From: Amycolatopsis taiwanensis DSM 45107
GTDB taxonomy: Bacteria > Actinomycetota > Actinomycetes > Mycobacteriales > Pseudonocardiaceae
DNA length: 64,000 bases
Direction: 5' to 3'
Assembly (NCBI RefSeq): GCF_000519205.1
Contig: NZ_JAFB01000005.1
Coordinates: 37,724 to 101,723 of the forward strand
Part shown: positions 9,520 through 19,040 of the stretch, in pieces
Layout: every line of letters starts with the position of its first letter
Position numbering within the stretch: position 1 is the stretch's first letter
Program-made: the position numbers and the translations under genes
Notes under the pieces: model-generated
Databases searched by the model: none
What the model was told of the DNA's origin: nothing
Seen by the model: the letters and a program-made list of their open reading frames with translations, nothing else

Positions 9520-9705
9520 AAATCGGCCACCGGCCTTTCCGAATCGTCCTGGAACCACATCTTGCGTCAATACTTCCCCAAGGGGGCGGACCTGTCCGGC
9601 TACACTCAACAAGAACTCGACAGGGTCGCTGACAAGTTGAACAATCGTCCACGGCAGACACTTGACTGGCTCAAACCGACCGAGGTCTTCAACAACCTCT
9701 TGCCA
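9520..9705 (+). mobile_element. IS30-family transposase 3'-terminal remnant
   Basis: LRQYFPKGADLSGYTQQELDRVADKLNNRPRQTLDWLKPTEVF is the conserved C-terminus of IS30 transposases. The catalytic region upstream is absent or diverged. Confidence 0.6.
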
Positions 9706-9803
9706 GACTTGCCAACCCAACCTGGTGCACTCACCACTTCAACCTGCCCTCGATCACTCGAACGTGTATCGAACGTATGGCTGAAAATTGATAGTATGGT
9801 GGC

Positions 9804-11075
9804 ATGCCCGAGCAGACTCCCGCTTCCCGGTTGTGGCAGGTTCCCGATGGGGACCTGACCGCGATCGGGGTGGCACGTGAGGAAAGGCTGCGGATCGCCT
9901 ATGCGGAGATGCTCGAGTTCGTGGGCGAGAGCGAGCAGCGTGGGCTGGGGAAGTCCTTGGGATTCAAGGACACCTCCGCGTTCCTGACCGATACCTTGCG
10001 GATTTCTGCGCGGGAAGCCAAACAACGCATCGACCATGCCAGGGCAACCATGCCCTCCTCATCGCTGACCGGCGTGCCGCAACCCCCACCACAGGCCGCC
10101 ACCGGCAAAGCACTCACCGCCGGGGACATCAACGCAGAACACGTCCACGCGATCACCACGACCTTTCAGGCGTGCCCAGCGGAGATCCCCGTCGAGCAGC
10201 GCGAAGCAGACGAGCGCATCCTGGTGGAGCTGGCTCGACAGGCCGGACCGGAGGCGGTGCGCAAAGCCGGTCGTCGCCTGCGCGCGATCTGGGAGCAGGA
10301 GACCGCGCCACCGGAAGACAAGGACCGCGGGCAAGCCCACCCACTGCGGCGGTTGGACATCACGCGCCGCAAAGACGGTAGCATCCGCTTCAGCGGTGAA
10401 CTGGACGCCGAAACCGCCGAGGAACTCGACGGGCTACTCGGGCCACTGGCGAAACCACACAGGAACCCTGAGACCGGCGAACACGATACCCGCAGCCCAG
10501 CCGAACGCGCCGGAGACGCACTCGCCGAGATCATCGCCCTGGCCGCCCGCTGCGACGAACTCGGTACCCAGGGCGGTGAGCGCGCGGTGATGATCGTGTC
10601 GGTCACTCTCGCGGAGCTGGAGAACCGTGCCCGGCACGCCTTCCTCGACATCCCCGGGATATCGAGCGTCGACGGCCTTCGCCGCCTGGCGTGTGAGTCC
10701 AAGGTGGTGCCCGCGATCTTCGGCAACAACGCCGCACCCCTGTATGTGGGCGATGCTTCCCGGTTCGCCACCCCGGCCCAACGCCGCTATCTGGCCGCCC
10801 GAGACGGCGGATGCGCGTTTCCCGGCTGCACTCGCGGTCCTAAATGGACGACGCCGCACCATGTCGTGCCCTGGTCTGTGGACAAGCGCACCGACGCCGA
10901 TAATCTCGTGCTCCTGTGCGGCCGGCATCACCGGGTGATCCACCACACGCAGTGGGAGGTAAGGATGAACGGGCATCTGCCCGAGTTCATCCCCCCACCC
11001 TGGACTGACCACGAGCGAAAACCCATGCGCAACCTCGCGCACACCACCCCGCCCAGATACCAACAAGCCGCATAA
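9804..11075 (+). CDS. DUF222/HNH endonuclease (REP13E12-like)
   Basis: A long N-terminal DUF222-like region is followed by a C-terminal HNH with CAFPGC...HHVVPW...DNLVLLCGRHHRVIH. Confidence 0.85.
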   Translation: MPEQTPASRLWQVPDGDLTAIGVAREERLRIAYAEMLEFVGESEQRGLGKSLGFKDTSAFLTDTLRISAREAKQRIDHARATMPSSSLTGVPQPPPQAATGKALTAGDINAEHVHAITTTFQACPAEIPVEQREADERILVELARQAGPEAVRKAGRRLRAIWEQETAPPEDKDRGQAHPLRRLDITRRKDGSIRFSGELDAETAEELDGLLGPLAKPHRNPETGEHDTRSPAERAGDALAEIIALAARCDELGTQGGERAVMIVSVTLAELENRARHAFLDIPGISSVDGLRRLACESKVVPAIFGNNAAPLYVGDASRFATPAQRRYLAARDGGCAFPGCTRGPKWTTPHHVVPWSVDKRTDADNLVLLCGRHHRVIHHTQWEVRMNGHLPEFIPPPWTDHERKPMRNLAHTTPPRYQQAA

Positions 11076-11204
11076 CCACACAGGAACTCAGCACCCGAGA
11101 GGCAACACCGCCGCCCGGGCGCTGACCCGGCCATGCACCCGCCTCGCACCGGGCAGGATCACGCCGACTTCGAGTACTTCCGTCAACTTCTTCTGCCGCG
11201 AGGG

Positions 11205-12119
11205 TCAGCCGATGGTGAGGACGACTTTGCCACGACCGTGTCCGGTCTCCACCTCACGGTGCGCATCGGACGCGCGCTCCAGCGGCAATGTGCGACGAAC
11301 GTGGAAGCGAAGTTTCCCTTGTGCGTAAAGGTCGGCGAGTTCAGCGAGCCGAGTTGCCGAGCGCAGGTTGGGCGCGACGCGGCGGATACCGAGTTCCTGC
11401 GCCCTGCCGTGCTCGACCAGCGTGAGAATTCGATCCCGGTCGGCAACCAGAGCCAGCGACACGGCGAGCGCGTCAGCACCGGCTCCATCCAGGGCGGCGT
11501 CCACGCCGTCCGGCGCGACCGCTCGCACACGGTCCAGCAGGCCATCACCGTAGGCGACGGGTACCGTGCCGAGCGAGCGGAGGTAGTCGTGGTTCACCTC
11601 GCGGGCCGTGCCGATAACGGTCGCGCCCCACTCCACCGCCAGCTGAACCGCGACCGTACCGACCGCACCGGCCGCCCCGTGGACGACCACGGTGTCGTCC
11701 TTACCGACGCGCAACTCCTGTAGCGCGATGTGCGCGGTCTGGGCCCCGGCACTGAACCCGCCGGCGACCTCCCACGGCATGTCGGCCGGTTTGGCGGTCA
11801 CGTGCTCGGCAGGTGCCACCACGTATTCGGCGTAACCGCCCAGCAACCCGAACCCAAGTACCTCCGCACCGACCGCGACGCCGGTAACACCCTCGCCGAC
11901 CTGGTCGACCACGCCGGCGAACTCGTTGCCGGGGATCTTGGGCGACCCGGCCGGGGCCCCTGGGGGCGTCCAGCCCGCTCGCACCGCACAGTCGAAGGGC
12001 TGTACTCCCGCGGCCTTGACCCGGACCCGGATCTGCCCGGCGCCGACCCGTGGTCGGTCGACTTCCATCAGACGCAACACTTCTGGACCGCCAGGCTCCG
12101 CGAAGGCGGCTGCTCTCAT
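11205..12119 (-). CDS. zinc-binding alcohol dehydrogenase / NADPH:quinone reductase family
   Basis: MRAAAF..GGPEVL...VKAAGVQPFD, then the Rossmann motif VVVHGAAGAVG. The ATG at 12119 was confirmed in sequence. Confidence 0.85.
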   Translation of the reverse strand: MRAAAFAEPGGPEVLRLMEVDRPRVGAGQIRVRVKAAGVQPFDCAVRAGWTPPGAPAGSPKIPGNEFAGVVDQVGEGVTGVAVGAEVLGFGLLGGYAEYVVAPAEHVTAKPADMPWEVAGGFSAGAQTAHIALQELRVGKDDTVVVHGAAGAVGTVAVQLAVEWGATVIGTAREVNHDYLRSLGTVPVAYGDGLLDRVRAVAPDGVDAALDGAGADALAVSLALVADRDRILTLVEHGRAQELGIRRVAPNLRSATRLAELADLYAQGKLRFHVRRTLPLERASDAHREVETGHGRGKVVLTIG

Positions 12120-12635
12120 CTCGTCAACCCTTTCGTCTTCGACCTCAACGAGGATCGAGTCTTCAACCTCAACTTTGGTTGAGATCAAGCGAAGAACAGT
12201 GAGACGCCGGCAACCCTCGCTCATGCGATGGATGCGGGTAGCCTCCTCACGTGTGGGACGACATTTTCGGCAACCTGCTGGGTTGGCTGATCGACTCCCC
12301 TGCTGCCGATCGCGATTCCAACTTCCGGCGCGAGCGTGTTTCGCGCAAACGTCGCGCGGCTTTCAAATCAGGCGGTGAGATAACGCTTCGATGCGCGCTG
12401 CGGTGGCCGAGTGGCGGATTCCAGCGATGGCACACGGGCAAGCTGCGGCGGAGCTGCTGGGAGCGGTTCAGACTGTCTCGTATGGACGTTGTGCTGGTCT
12501 ACACGCTACGAGGTAGCCGGCTTGAGCTCGCCATCCGGCATCGGGACCTGGCCGACCTCGCCCGGCTGTTCGAGATACCCCCGAACCACCCGTGATCGAA
12601 GACGACGAGGCCGACCGCGTGCCCGGACCGGGTAC

Positions 12636-13280
12636 CTACCGCCGCCAGAAGAAGTGGTGCACGACACCGCTCGGGCTTGGTACGCGTTCCAGGTGGTAGC
12701 GGTCGGTCAGCTCGTCCGGGCTCTCCCAGAGCCGGAGACCGTCGCCGAGTTCAACCGGGGCGACGGCGACGTGCATCTCGTCGATCAGGTCCGCGTCGAG
12801 GAACTCGCGAATGGTCGTTACGCCGCCGCCGATGCGCACGTCCCGGCCGTCCGCGGCGGCCTTCGCCTGCTTCAGCGCTTCGTGCGGCGTTGTGTCGAGG
12901 AAGTGGAACGTCGTGTCACTCAGCGTGAGTGACGGTCGAACGTGGTGCGTGAGCACGAAGACCGGTGTGTGGAACGGGGGTTCGCCGCCCCACCAGCCCT
13001 GCCACTCGTAGTTCGGCCAGGGGCCACGGAACGGACCGAACTTGTTGCGCCCCATGATCTCGGCACCGATTTTTCGCGTCATATCGCGTGTGATGTAGTC
13101 GTCGAGCCCCCGCGTCCCGCCAGGTTCCGTGCGGTTGACCCAGCTGGCCGTGGCACCTGCCCAGGCCCACAGCTCGCGAGGGTCCGCAAGGCCGAATGGG
13201 TGCTCGAGGCTCTGCTCCTCGCCTGCTCCGATCCCGTCCTGGGAGACGTTGAAGCAGTGGACCCGGACCCGCTGTGTCAT
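12636..13280 (-). CDS. dihydrofolate reductase family protein (RibD C-terminal domain)
   Basis: The 214-aa protein carries MGRNKFGP...VFVLTHHVR...GGGVTTIREFLDADLIDEMHVAVAPVELGDG, typical of the YwjB/RibD_C family. Confidence 0.8.
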   Translation of the reverse strand: MTQRVRVHCFNVSQDGIGAGEEQSLEHPFGLADPRELWAWAGATASWVNRTEPGGTRGLDDYITRDMTRKIGAEIMGRNKFGPFRGPWPNYEWQGWWGGEPPFHTPVFVLTHHVRPSLTLSDTTFHFLDTTPHEALKQAKAAADGRDVRIGGGVTTIREFLDADLIDEMHVAVAPVELGDGLRLWESPDELTDRYHLERVPSPSGVVHHFFWRR

Positions 13281-13586
13281 TGGCTTCCTCCTCGACCGTT
13301 GGAACTCGCCGATCGCGACCGCGGCGATCGCATCACGAGGTAGTCGTCACCGATGAGTCCCGCACGACAACCTCGGCGAAAATTCTTGGTCGCAGACTCA
13401 GGCCCTCGCCGGCCCCAGCCGATCGAAGGTCATTCGCAGCTCCGGCGGCAAGCCCGAGGTGACCGACGGCCCGTTCGTCGAGAGCAAGGCGTTCATGGGC
13501 GGCTTTTTGTGCGACCGATTTGGCGACGTGGGCAACCGTATTCGTGTCCGGCCTCGTTTTGTCCGGCGAGGGCAAAGGAGCAGAGG

Positions 13587-14092
13587 GTGGGAGTTCGCGA
13601 CGACGAGTTCGTCGAGTTCGTGCAGCGGTGTTCGATGCCGCTGCGCCGGACGGCGTTCCTGGTGTGCGGGGACTGGCATCGCGCCGAGGATCTGGTGCAA
13701 ACCACGCTCGCGAAGGTCTTCCGGGCGTGGTCGAGGGTGCGCGGGATGGACCGGCGGGAGGCCTATGCCCGGCAGGTCCTGATGCGCACGGTCATCGACG
13801 AGTCGCGCCGGTTCTGGCACCGGGAACGACCGTCCGACGCCTTGCCGGACCGGGCCGGGCCGGGCCGGACGTGAACAGCGACCTGTCCATGGACCTGCGG
13901 CGCGCGCTGGCCGCGTTACCCGTACGGCAACGGGCCACGTTGGTGCTGCGTCACTGGGAGGATCTCCCGGTCCACGAGGTCGCCCGATTGCTGCGGTGTA
14001 CCGAGGGAACGGTCAAAAGCCAGTCTGCCAAGGCCCTCACCGCGTTGCGAACCATGATCGGCACTGATCAACTGCTGGAGGGCTACCAGTGA
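13587..14092 (+). pseudogene. ECF (sigma-70 family) sigma factor, frameshifted in a (CGGGC)3 repeat
   Basis: Region 2 (VGVRDDEFVEFVQRCSMPLRRTAFLVCGDWHRAEDLVQTTLAKVFRAW) is in frame 0 and ends at 13874. Region 4 (DLRRALAALPVRQRATLVLRHWEDLPVHEVARLL..GTVKSQ) continues in frame 2 to 14092. The junction lies in ccgggccgggccgggccgg (13851-13868). Removing one 5-nt unit fuses the two frames. Confidence 0.7.
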
Positions 14093-14919
14093 ACATCGAT
14101 GACAATGCGGACCACCGCTGGGCCAACGCACTGTTGGACCGAGCTGTTGGCACCGAACCGGAACTGGGCTTCCGGGCCGAGGACGTGCTGGCCAGAGCTC
14201 GTCGCCAGGTCGCCAGGCGGCGTGCCGCGCTGACCGGCGCCCTCACCGCAACGGCGGTGCTGGGAACCGGCCTGCTGGTCGGCCACGGCGGCTCGCCGCC
14301 ATCGGGGGTGGAGGCCGGCAACGGTGGTTCGACAGTCCCGAGTCCAGTCGCCCCCAGTTCTGCGGCCCCTACCACCGTCTACGGAGTGGAGGGCCCGCTC
14401 GTCCTCGATGCGCACGGCAGGGCGTTGACCGCGAAACTCGCCGACGCGCACCTCATCCCGCCCGGTGTGCAGGAAAGCACGGACAAGTACTACGGCGGCG
14501 AACCACTCGTCTTCTACAAGCTGATCAACGGCCAGAACGTGGACAGCTACGTCGCCCAGGCGACGCTCACCGACTCCCACGGGGCGGGTCACCTGGTTGT
14601 GCAATTGCTCAAATATCAGCGGGGAATCAACTGCGTCGCAGTAGAGAATCCACAGGCGTGCCGCGTGCAGACCCTGCCCGACGGCAGCCGAATCACCGTC
14701 CTCCGATACACCCCCGAGCCTTCGCCGGGTGAGCCGACCATCCAGTGGATTGTGGAGCTGGTGCGCCCGGACGGCACCGCGGTGGACGCCATGAGCGGCA
14801 ACTGGAGCATGGACGGCGACAAGAACACGGGCGGCATCGACCATGCGACCGGGGCCGAACCACCCCTGAACGACGACGCGCTCGTTCGGCTGGTCCAGCT
14901 GCCCGGCCTGACCCTCTGA
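14089..14919 (+). CDS. putative anti-sigma factor (single-pass membrane protein)
   Basis: Its GTG start overlaps the sigma stop (GTGA). It has an N-terminal cytoplasmic segment, a TM helix (ALTGALTATAVLGTGLLVG) and an extracytoplasmic domain. Confidence 0.6.
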   Translation: MNIDDNADHRWANALLDRAVGTEPELGFRAEDVLARARRQVARRRAALTGALTATAVLGTGLLVGHGGSPPSGVEAGNGGSTVPSPVAPSSAAPTTVYGVEGPLVLDAHGRALTAKLADAHLIPPGVQESTDKYYGGEPLVFYKLINGQNVDSYVAQATLTDSHGAGHLVVQLLKYQRGINCVAVENPQACRVQTLPDGSRITVLRYTPEPSPGEPTIQWIVELVRPDGTAVDAMSGNWSMDGDKNTGGIDHATGAEPPLNDDALVRLVQLPGLTL

Positions 14920-15012
14920 TACCGGTCAAGCGAGCACAGCCGTGCCGGGGTGCCACCCCGGCACGGCTTCAGGACCGAATTCCCGTTGACAGGCCGGGAA
15001 TAGTGGGTCTTC

Positions 15013-16020
15013 GTGGGCAACGACGAAAACCGGAACTCGATCCGTCGCATGGCCGGGCTGGCCACGCCGATGGCGCTGCGGGTCGCGGTGACCCTGGGCC
15101 TGCCGGATCGGCTACTCGACAACGGCGCTTCCGTCGACGAACTCGCGGTCGAGCTCAACGTAGCCGCGGTCGCGCTCGAACTTCTACTCGACCACCTCGC
15201 GACCCTTGGCATCGTCGAACGTACCTCCACCGATTACCGGACTACCGAATACGGTGCGAATCTCTGCGTCGATTCCGGCGATGACCTGACCAACGTCCTC
15301 CTGCGCCTCGACACGGCCGGCGGCCGCGCCGAATTGGCGTTCGTCGACCTCGCCCACAGCATCGCCACCGGCCAAGCCGCCTATCCACGCCGCTACGGGC
15401 GGGACTTCTGGGCCGACCTGGCGGAAAACCCGCACCTGCGGAAAACGTTCGACCAGCAGATGACGTACCGGATCCGCGCACAGATTCCACAGATCGTCGA
15501 CGGCTTCGACTGGTCCCGGTTTTCCCGCATCGTCGACGTCGGTGGCGGCCGAGGCGACGTGCTCGCGGCGATCTTGGCAGCCCACCCCCGGACACACGGT
15601 CACCTGGTCGATCTCGACCCGACCGCCACCGAGGCCCGCCGCACCTTCAGCGCTCACGATGTCGATGAGCGGACGCAGGTCACACCGGGCAGCTTCTTCG
15701 ATCCGCTCCCGGCAGGGGCGGACGCCTACTTGTTGGTCGACATCCTCCACGACTGGGATGACGACCACGCCCATCGCATCCTGAGCCGGTGCGTCGAAGC
15801 CGCCCACCCGGCCGGGCGCGTGCTGGTCGTCGAGCCGGTCGGGGGCCGGCGGGCCCAGAGCGAAATCAACCTGGCCATGCTCGTGATGTTCGGCGGCCGC
15901 GAGCGCCGAATCGACGAGTTCCGCGCGCTCGGCTCGCCGCACGGCATGGTTCTGGACACGGTGACCGACCTGACCGATGAACGCTGCCTTCTCGAATTCC
16001 GGCTCGCTGCCGGCCGATGA
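15013..16020 (+). CDS. class I SAM-dependent O-methyltransferase (COMT/DnrK-like family 2)
   Basis: An N-terminal dimerisation/wHTH region is followed by VDVGGGRGDVLAAILAAHP and LVDILHDWDD motifs. Confidence 0.85.
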   Translation: MGNDENRNSIRRMAGLATPMALRVAVTLGLPDRLLDNGASVDELAVELNVAAVALELLLDHLATLGIVERTSTDYRTTEYGANLCVDSGDDLTNVLLRLDTAGGRAELAFVDLAHSIATGQAAYPRRYGRDFWADLAENPHLRKTFDQQMTYRIRAQIPQIVDGFDWSRFSRIVDVGGGRGDVLAAILAAHPRTHGHLVDLDPTATEARRTFSAHDVDERTQVTPGSFFDPLPAGADAYLLVDILHDWDDDHAHRILSRCVEAAHPAGRVLVVEPVGGRRAQSEINLAMLVMFGGRERRIDEFRALGSPHGMVLDTVTDLTDERCLLEFRLAAGR

Positions 16021-16071
16021 GACAACGCTCGTGGCCGGCCGGTGCCACGCCCCAGCCGGCCACCGGCGTGC

Positions 16072-17091
16072 TCAGCCGAGGTACTTCTGCAGGTCGTCGA
16101 GCACCTTCATGGCACCGATCGGGCCGAGGCCGAGGAACCACACCTCGTCGTCGACCCGGATGGCGTGGTTCGTTTTCACCGCGTTCAGCCCGGACCACAG
16201 CCCGCTGCTGGTCACGGCCTGCTCGTCTGGGCTCGGGCCCGCGCCGTAGTTGGAGTAGAAGACCCAGTCGGCGTCGGCTTCGTCGATGCGTTCCTTGGAG
16301 ATCTGCGCGGCGAGCTCGTTGATGTCCTGGTTGGCCGGCCGCTGCAGTCCGACGTCGGAGAGGATCACGCCGATGAAGGAAAGCTTGCCGTACAGCCGAA
16401 TGTTGCCGTTCAGGAAGCGCAGCAGCGAGATCTTCGGCGTGCCCTGGACTCCCGCCTTCACCCCGTCGGCCTTGCGCTGGTAGTCGTTCAGGATCCCGAC
16501 CGCCTCGTTCTCCGCGCCGAGCGCCGCGGCCACGAGCCGGAAGTTCTCCTTCCACGGGAAGCCGGGCCGGATGCTGAACACCGTCGGCCCGATCTTCGAC
16601 AGCTGCGGATACAGGTCGTTGGCGCGCAGTTTGCTGCCCAGGATGAGGTCCGGGTTCAGCGAGGCGATCTTCTCGAGGTTCAGGTTGTTGAGATCGCCGA
16701 CCGTGGTGATCCCCTGGACGCGGTCGGCGAGATAGGACGGCACGCCGGTCTGGCCGGCGGTGGTGGCCATGCCGACGGGGACGACGCCGAGTGCGAGCAC
16801 ATCGTCGAGTTCACCGCTGTCGAGCACGACGACCCGGGTGGGCTTCTTCTCGATCCTGGTCTTGTCGACCGCGTGCGTGACCGTGCGCGGGAAGACGCCG
16901 GGGCCGACGTCTGCCTTCAGCTTCGCGGTCTCCTCGTCCGCGGTCGAGAAGAGCGGGCCACCGGTCGCCACGGCCTGGTCGCCGACGCCGGAGGTCGTCG
17001 TGTTCGCGGGCTCGCGGCCGCAGGCGGTGAACAGGGTCGCGGCGGTGAGGATGGTCGCCGCGGTCGCGACTAATCTGGTCCATTTGGCCAT
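16072..17091 (-). CDS. iron-siderophore ABC transporter substrate-binding lipoprotein (FecB/FhuD-like)
   Basis: It has a lipobox (LFTACG) and a periplasmic binding fold. It is the last gene of a four-gene operon. Confidence 0.85.
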   Translation of the reverse strand: MAKWTRLVATAATILTAATLFTACGREPANTTTSGVGDQAVATGGPLFSTADEETAKLKADVGPGVFPRTVTHAVDKTRIEKKPTRVVVLDSGELDDVLALGVVPVGMATTAGQTGVPSYLADRVQGITTVGDLNNLNLEKIASLNPDLILGSKLRANDLYPQLSKIGPTVFSIRPGFPWKENFRLVAAALGAENEAVGILNDYQRKADGVKAGVQGTPKISLLRFLNGNIRLYGKLSFIGVILSDVGLQRPANQDINELAAQISKERIDEADADWVFYSNYGAGPSPDEQAVTSSGLWSGLNAVKTNHAIRVDDEVWFLGLGPIGAMKVLDDLQKYLG

Positions 17092-17122
17092 CTGGAGACC
17101 TTTCGTTGGGACGGGCGAACGC

Positions 17123-17935
17123 TCACGTGGTGGGAGTGGTGCGGTGGCGGCCGACCGGGACGACCATCGGGGTGCCGGACACCGGGTCGGTGATGATCCG
17201 GCAGGGCAGGCCGAACACGTCCTCGACGAGTTCGGCGGTGAGCACGCCGGCCGGCTCGCCCTCCGCGGCGATCCGGCCGTCCTTCATCGCGATCAGGTGG
17301 TCGCCATAGCGCGCGGCGAGGTTCAGGTCGTGCAGCACGATCACCACCGTTGTGCCGTCGCCTCGGTTGAGGTCGGCCAGCAGGTCCAGGACCTCCACCT
17401 GGTGGCAGATGTCGAGGAACGTGGTGGGCTCGTCGAGTAGCAGGAGCCGGGTCCGCTGAGCGAGCGCCATGGCGATCCACACCCGCTGGCGCTGCCCTCC
17501 GGACAGCTCGTCGACCGGGCGGCTCGCGAGCCCGGCGGTGTCGGTCGCGGCCATGGCCCGGGCGACGGCGTCGTCGTCCTGGCTGGTCCAGCGGCGGAAC
17601 ATGCCCTGATGCGGGTAGCGGCCCCGGCCGACGAGGTCGGCCACCGTGATGCCCTCCGGTGCGGTCGGCGACTGCGGCAGCAGACCGAGCATCGTGGCAA
17701 CATCCTTGCTGCGCAAGGAGGAGATGCTCTTGCCGTCCAGGTACACCCCGCCGGCCGCCGGCGCGAGCAGGCGGGCCAGGCCGCGCAGGAGTGTCGACTT
17801 TCCACACGCGTTGGTACCGACGATCATCGTGACCTTGCCCTCGGGGATGCGTACCGACAGCCCTTTCACGACCGTCAACGGGCCGTAGGCGAGGTCGAGG
17901 TCCTCGGTGTGCAGCCTGGAAGTCGTTGTCACCAT
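17123..17935 (-). CDS. iron-siderophore ABC transporter ATP-binding protein (FecE/FepC-like)
   Basis: Walker A is GTNACGKSTLL, the signature is LSGGQRQRV and Walker B is LLLDEPT. Confidence 0.85.
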   Translation of the reverse strand: MVTTTSRLHTEDLDLAYGPLTVVKGLSVRIPEGKVTMIVGTNACGKSTLLRGLARLLAPAAGGVYLDGKSISSLRSKDVATMLGLLPQSPTAPEGITVADLVGRGRYPHQGMFRRWTSQDDDAVARAMAATDTAGLASRPVDELSGGQRQRVWIAMALAQRTRLLLLDEPTTFLDICHQVEVLDLLADLNRGDGTTVVIVLHDLNLAARYGDHLIAMKDGRIAAEGEPAGVLTAELVEDVFGLPCRIITDPVSGTPMVVPVGRHRTTPTT

Positions 17936-17999
17936 GGCGTTCCTTCGCGAGTGGTGGTCACCGTGGGCGCCGCGAGTTGGCACATGTCGTGGTCTCCCT

Positions 18000-19040
18000 T
18001 CAGATCCGGCCGGCCCGGTTGGCGGTCGCGAGCAGCAGGAGCAGGTACGGCGCGCCGACCGCGCCGGTCACGACGCCGACGGGCAGCTGAGGGCCGAGCA
18101 GGTGCTGCGCGACGAAGTCGCCGAGCAGCATCACGAGTGCCCCGACCAACGCGGGCGGGACCAGACCGGTCCGCGCGCCGCCGACCAGGCGCGTCGCGAT
18201 CGGATTGGCGACGAACGCGACGAACGCGACCGGCCCCGCGGCGGCGGTGGCGAAGGCGGCGAATCCGGTGGCGATCACCAGCAGCAGGAGCCGGGTGCGC
18301 TCGACCCGCAGCCCGAGCCCGGTCGCGGTGTCGTCGCCGAGCTGCAACCCCGTCAGCGCGCGGGTGAGCAGAAGCGCGGCCGGGACCAGCACCCCCAGCG
18401 CGATCGCGAGCGGGAGGACGTGGTCCCAACCGCGGCCGTTGAGGTTCCCGGTGATCCACACCAGGGCCTGCTGCGCCAGCGTCACGTCGGACCAGGTCAT
18501 CAGGTACGACACGATGCTGGTAAGGACCGCGCCGACGCCGATTCCGACCAGCACCAGCCGGTACCCGGTCACGCCGCCACGCCGAGCGAGCTGGTAGATG
18601 ACGGCACCCGTGACGACCGCGCCGGCGAGCGCGGCGCCCGACACGGCCGGGCCGGACACGCCGAACAACACGATGCACAGCACGGCGGCGGCACTGGCTC
18701 CCTGTGTTACGCCCACGACGTCCGGGCTCGCGAGCGGGTTGCGCAGCAGCCGCTGGAACAGCGCACCCGAAATGCCGAACGCGATACCGACGAGCAAACC
18801 TGTCACGGCGCGCGGGAGACGCAACTCGGTCACGACGTACGCGCCGCCACCGGCACCGTGGCCGAAAAGGATGCCGGGCAGGTCGCCCAGCGGGACGGCG
18901 AAGTCGCCGACGGCCAGCGACAATGCGAAAACCACGAGCAGGACGGCGAACAACGTCAGCGAAACCAGCCGGGAACGCATCGCCCCCCGCCGGCGGGCGG
19001 TACGGAGGGCACGGCGGGCCTCGGCGAGGTCGACGTTCAT
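18000..19040 (-). CDS. FecCD-family iron-siderophore ABC permease
   Basis: A 346-aa polytopic membrane protein. Its start overlaps the upstream permease stop (ATGA). Confidence 0.85.
   Translation of the reverse strand: MNVDLAEARRALRTARRRGAMRSRLVSLTLFAVLLVVFALSLAVGDFAVPLGDLPGILFGHGAGGGAYVVTELRLPRAVTGLLVGIAFGISGALFQRLLRNPLASPDVVGVTQGASAAAVLCIVLFGVSGPAVSGAALAGAVVTGAVIYQLARRGGVTGYRLVLVGIGVGAVLTSIVSYLMTWSDVTLAQQALVWITGNLNGRGWDHVLPLAIALGVLVPAALLLTRALTGLQLGDDTATGLGLRVERTRLLLLVIATGFAAFATAAAGPVAFVAFVANPIATRLVGGARTGLVPPALVGALVMLLGDFVAQHLLGPQLPVGVVTGAVGAPYLLLLLATANRAGRI

Noticed and set aside
7974-9640. The 505-aa (minus) and 539-aa (plus) ORFs that overlap the glycosyltransferase.
   Set aside because: They are Arg/Gly/Pro-rich translations of off-frames of a real gene in 70% GC DNA. 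They have no motifs and are fully overlapped by the well-supported GT CDS.
12251-12595. A 114-aa ORF in the 410-bp gap between the quinone reductase and DHFR-family genes.
   Set aside because: It has no motifs and weak composition. A tiny real gene at its 3' end (MDVVLVYTLRGSRLELAIRHRDLADLARLFEIPPNHP, 37 aa) could exist but I cannot support it.
13353-13586. The upstream in-frame extension of the sigma-factor ORF (MSPARQPRRKF...).
   Set aside because: ECF region 2 starts at the GTG at 13587 after an AAAGGAG RBS. The extension has junk composition.
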